DNA of 64,000 nucleotides from Anolis carolinensis. Lineage: Eukaryota. This document shows, piece after piece, positions 63,507 to 64,000 of the stretch (position 1 is its first letter; the number at the start of each line of letters is the position of its first letter). The notes under the pieces are model-generated. The model was not told the DNA's origin. It did not search any database and worked only from the letters and a program-made list of their open reading frames with translations. The position numbers and the translations under genes are program-made. The stretch covers positions 332,577,402-332,641,401 of the forward strand of contig NC_085841.1 of the NCBI RefSeq assembly GCF_035594765.1, read 5' to 3'.

Positions 63507-63902
63507 TGGAAACTTCAATTGGTCCAGCAATCGGCAGTCAGACTACTAACTGGAGTGAATTACAGGGAGCGGTCAACCCTCCTGTTTAAGGAACTCCATT
63601 GGCTGCTGTTCATTTTCCAGTCCCAATTCAAGGTGCAGGTTATCACCTACAAAGCCCGGAACAGGTCAGGACCCACCTATCTTAGTTATTGCATCTCCCC
63701 CTATGAACCTGTGCAATCTCTTCGATCTTTGGGGGAGGCCCTCCTCTCGCTGTGACGTGTGGGGACGAAGGAGAGGGCCTTCTCCGTGGTGGCCCCTTGG
63801 CTCTGGAACTCACTCCCCAAGGAGATTAGGCAAGCACTCACTCTGTCAGCCTTTAGGAAAAGTTTAAAAACTTGGCTTTTCCGGTGTGTTTTTGAAGAAT
63901 GA
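63507..63902 (+). mobile_element. L2 LINE ORF2 C-terminal fragment
   Basis: KLQLVQQSAVRLLTGVNYRERSTLLFKELHWL...QFKVQVITYKA...PYEPVQSLRS...ERAFSVVAPWLWNSLPKEIRQA; homologous to 7505-7777. Confidence 0.9.
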
Positions 63903-64000
63903 ATAATTAATCTCACGCCAGGTCCTGTTGTAGCTCAGCCTGAGCTGGATTCAGAATCGGACATTGGGCCCATCCAAAACTATTATTACAGGCCTGCAAT

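Overview
AT-rich, CpG-depleted vertebrate genomic DNA with no protein-coding exon I can support; it reads as a large intron or intergenic tract. The repeat complement points by inference to a squamate, most likely an Anolis-like lizard. It includes L2, CR1, L1, RTE-BovB and R4/Dong LINE fragments, two tRNA-derived SINE families, many hAT and Tc1/mariner/Tigger MITEs, Penelope-type remnants and three solo LTRs. The only ORFs with recognisable protein similarity are broken retrotransposon ORF2 pieces. Several element boundaries are fixed directly by terminal inverted repeats (TIRs) plus target-site duplications (TSDs). The most interesting observations are: minimal hammerhead-ribozyme motifs in Penelope-like remnants (57.1 kb and 58.1 kb, convergent); a hAT MITE whose core comes from a mariner MITE (10.1 kb); a 77-bp MADE1-like hairpin (4.4 kb); R4/Dong insertions at (TTA)n tracts next to L2 3' ends; and three unrelated solo LTRs within 10 kb. 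I see no convincing wholly new biological system. Family names come from recalled similarity, not from database searches.
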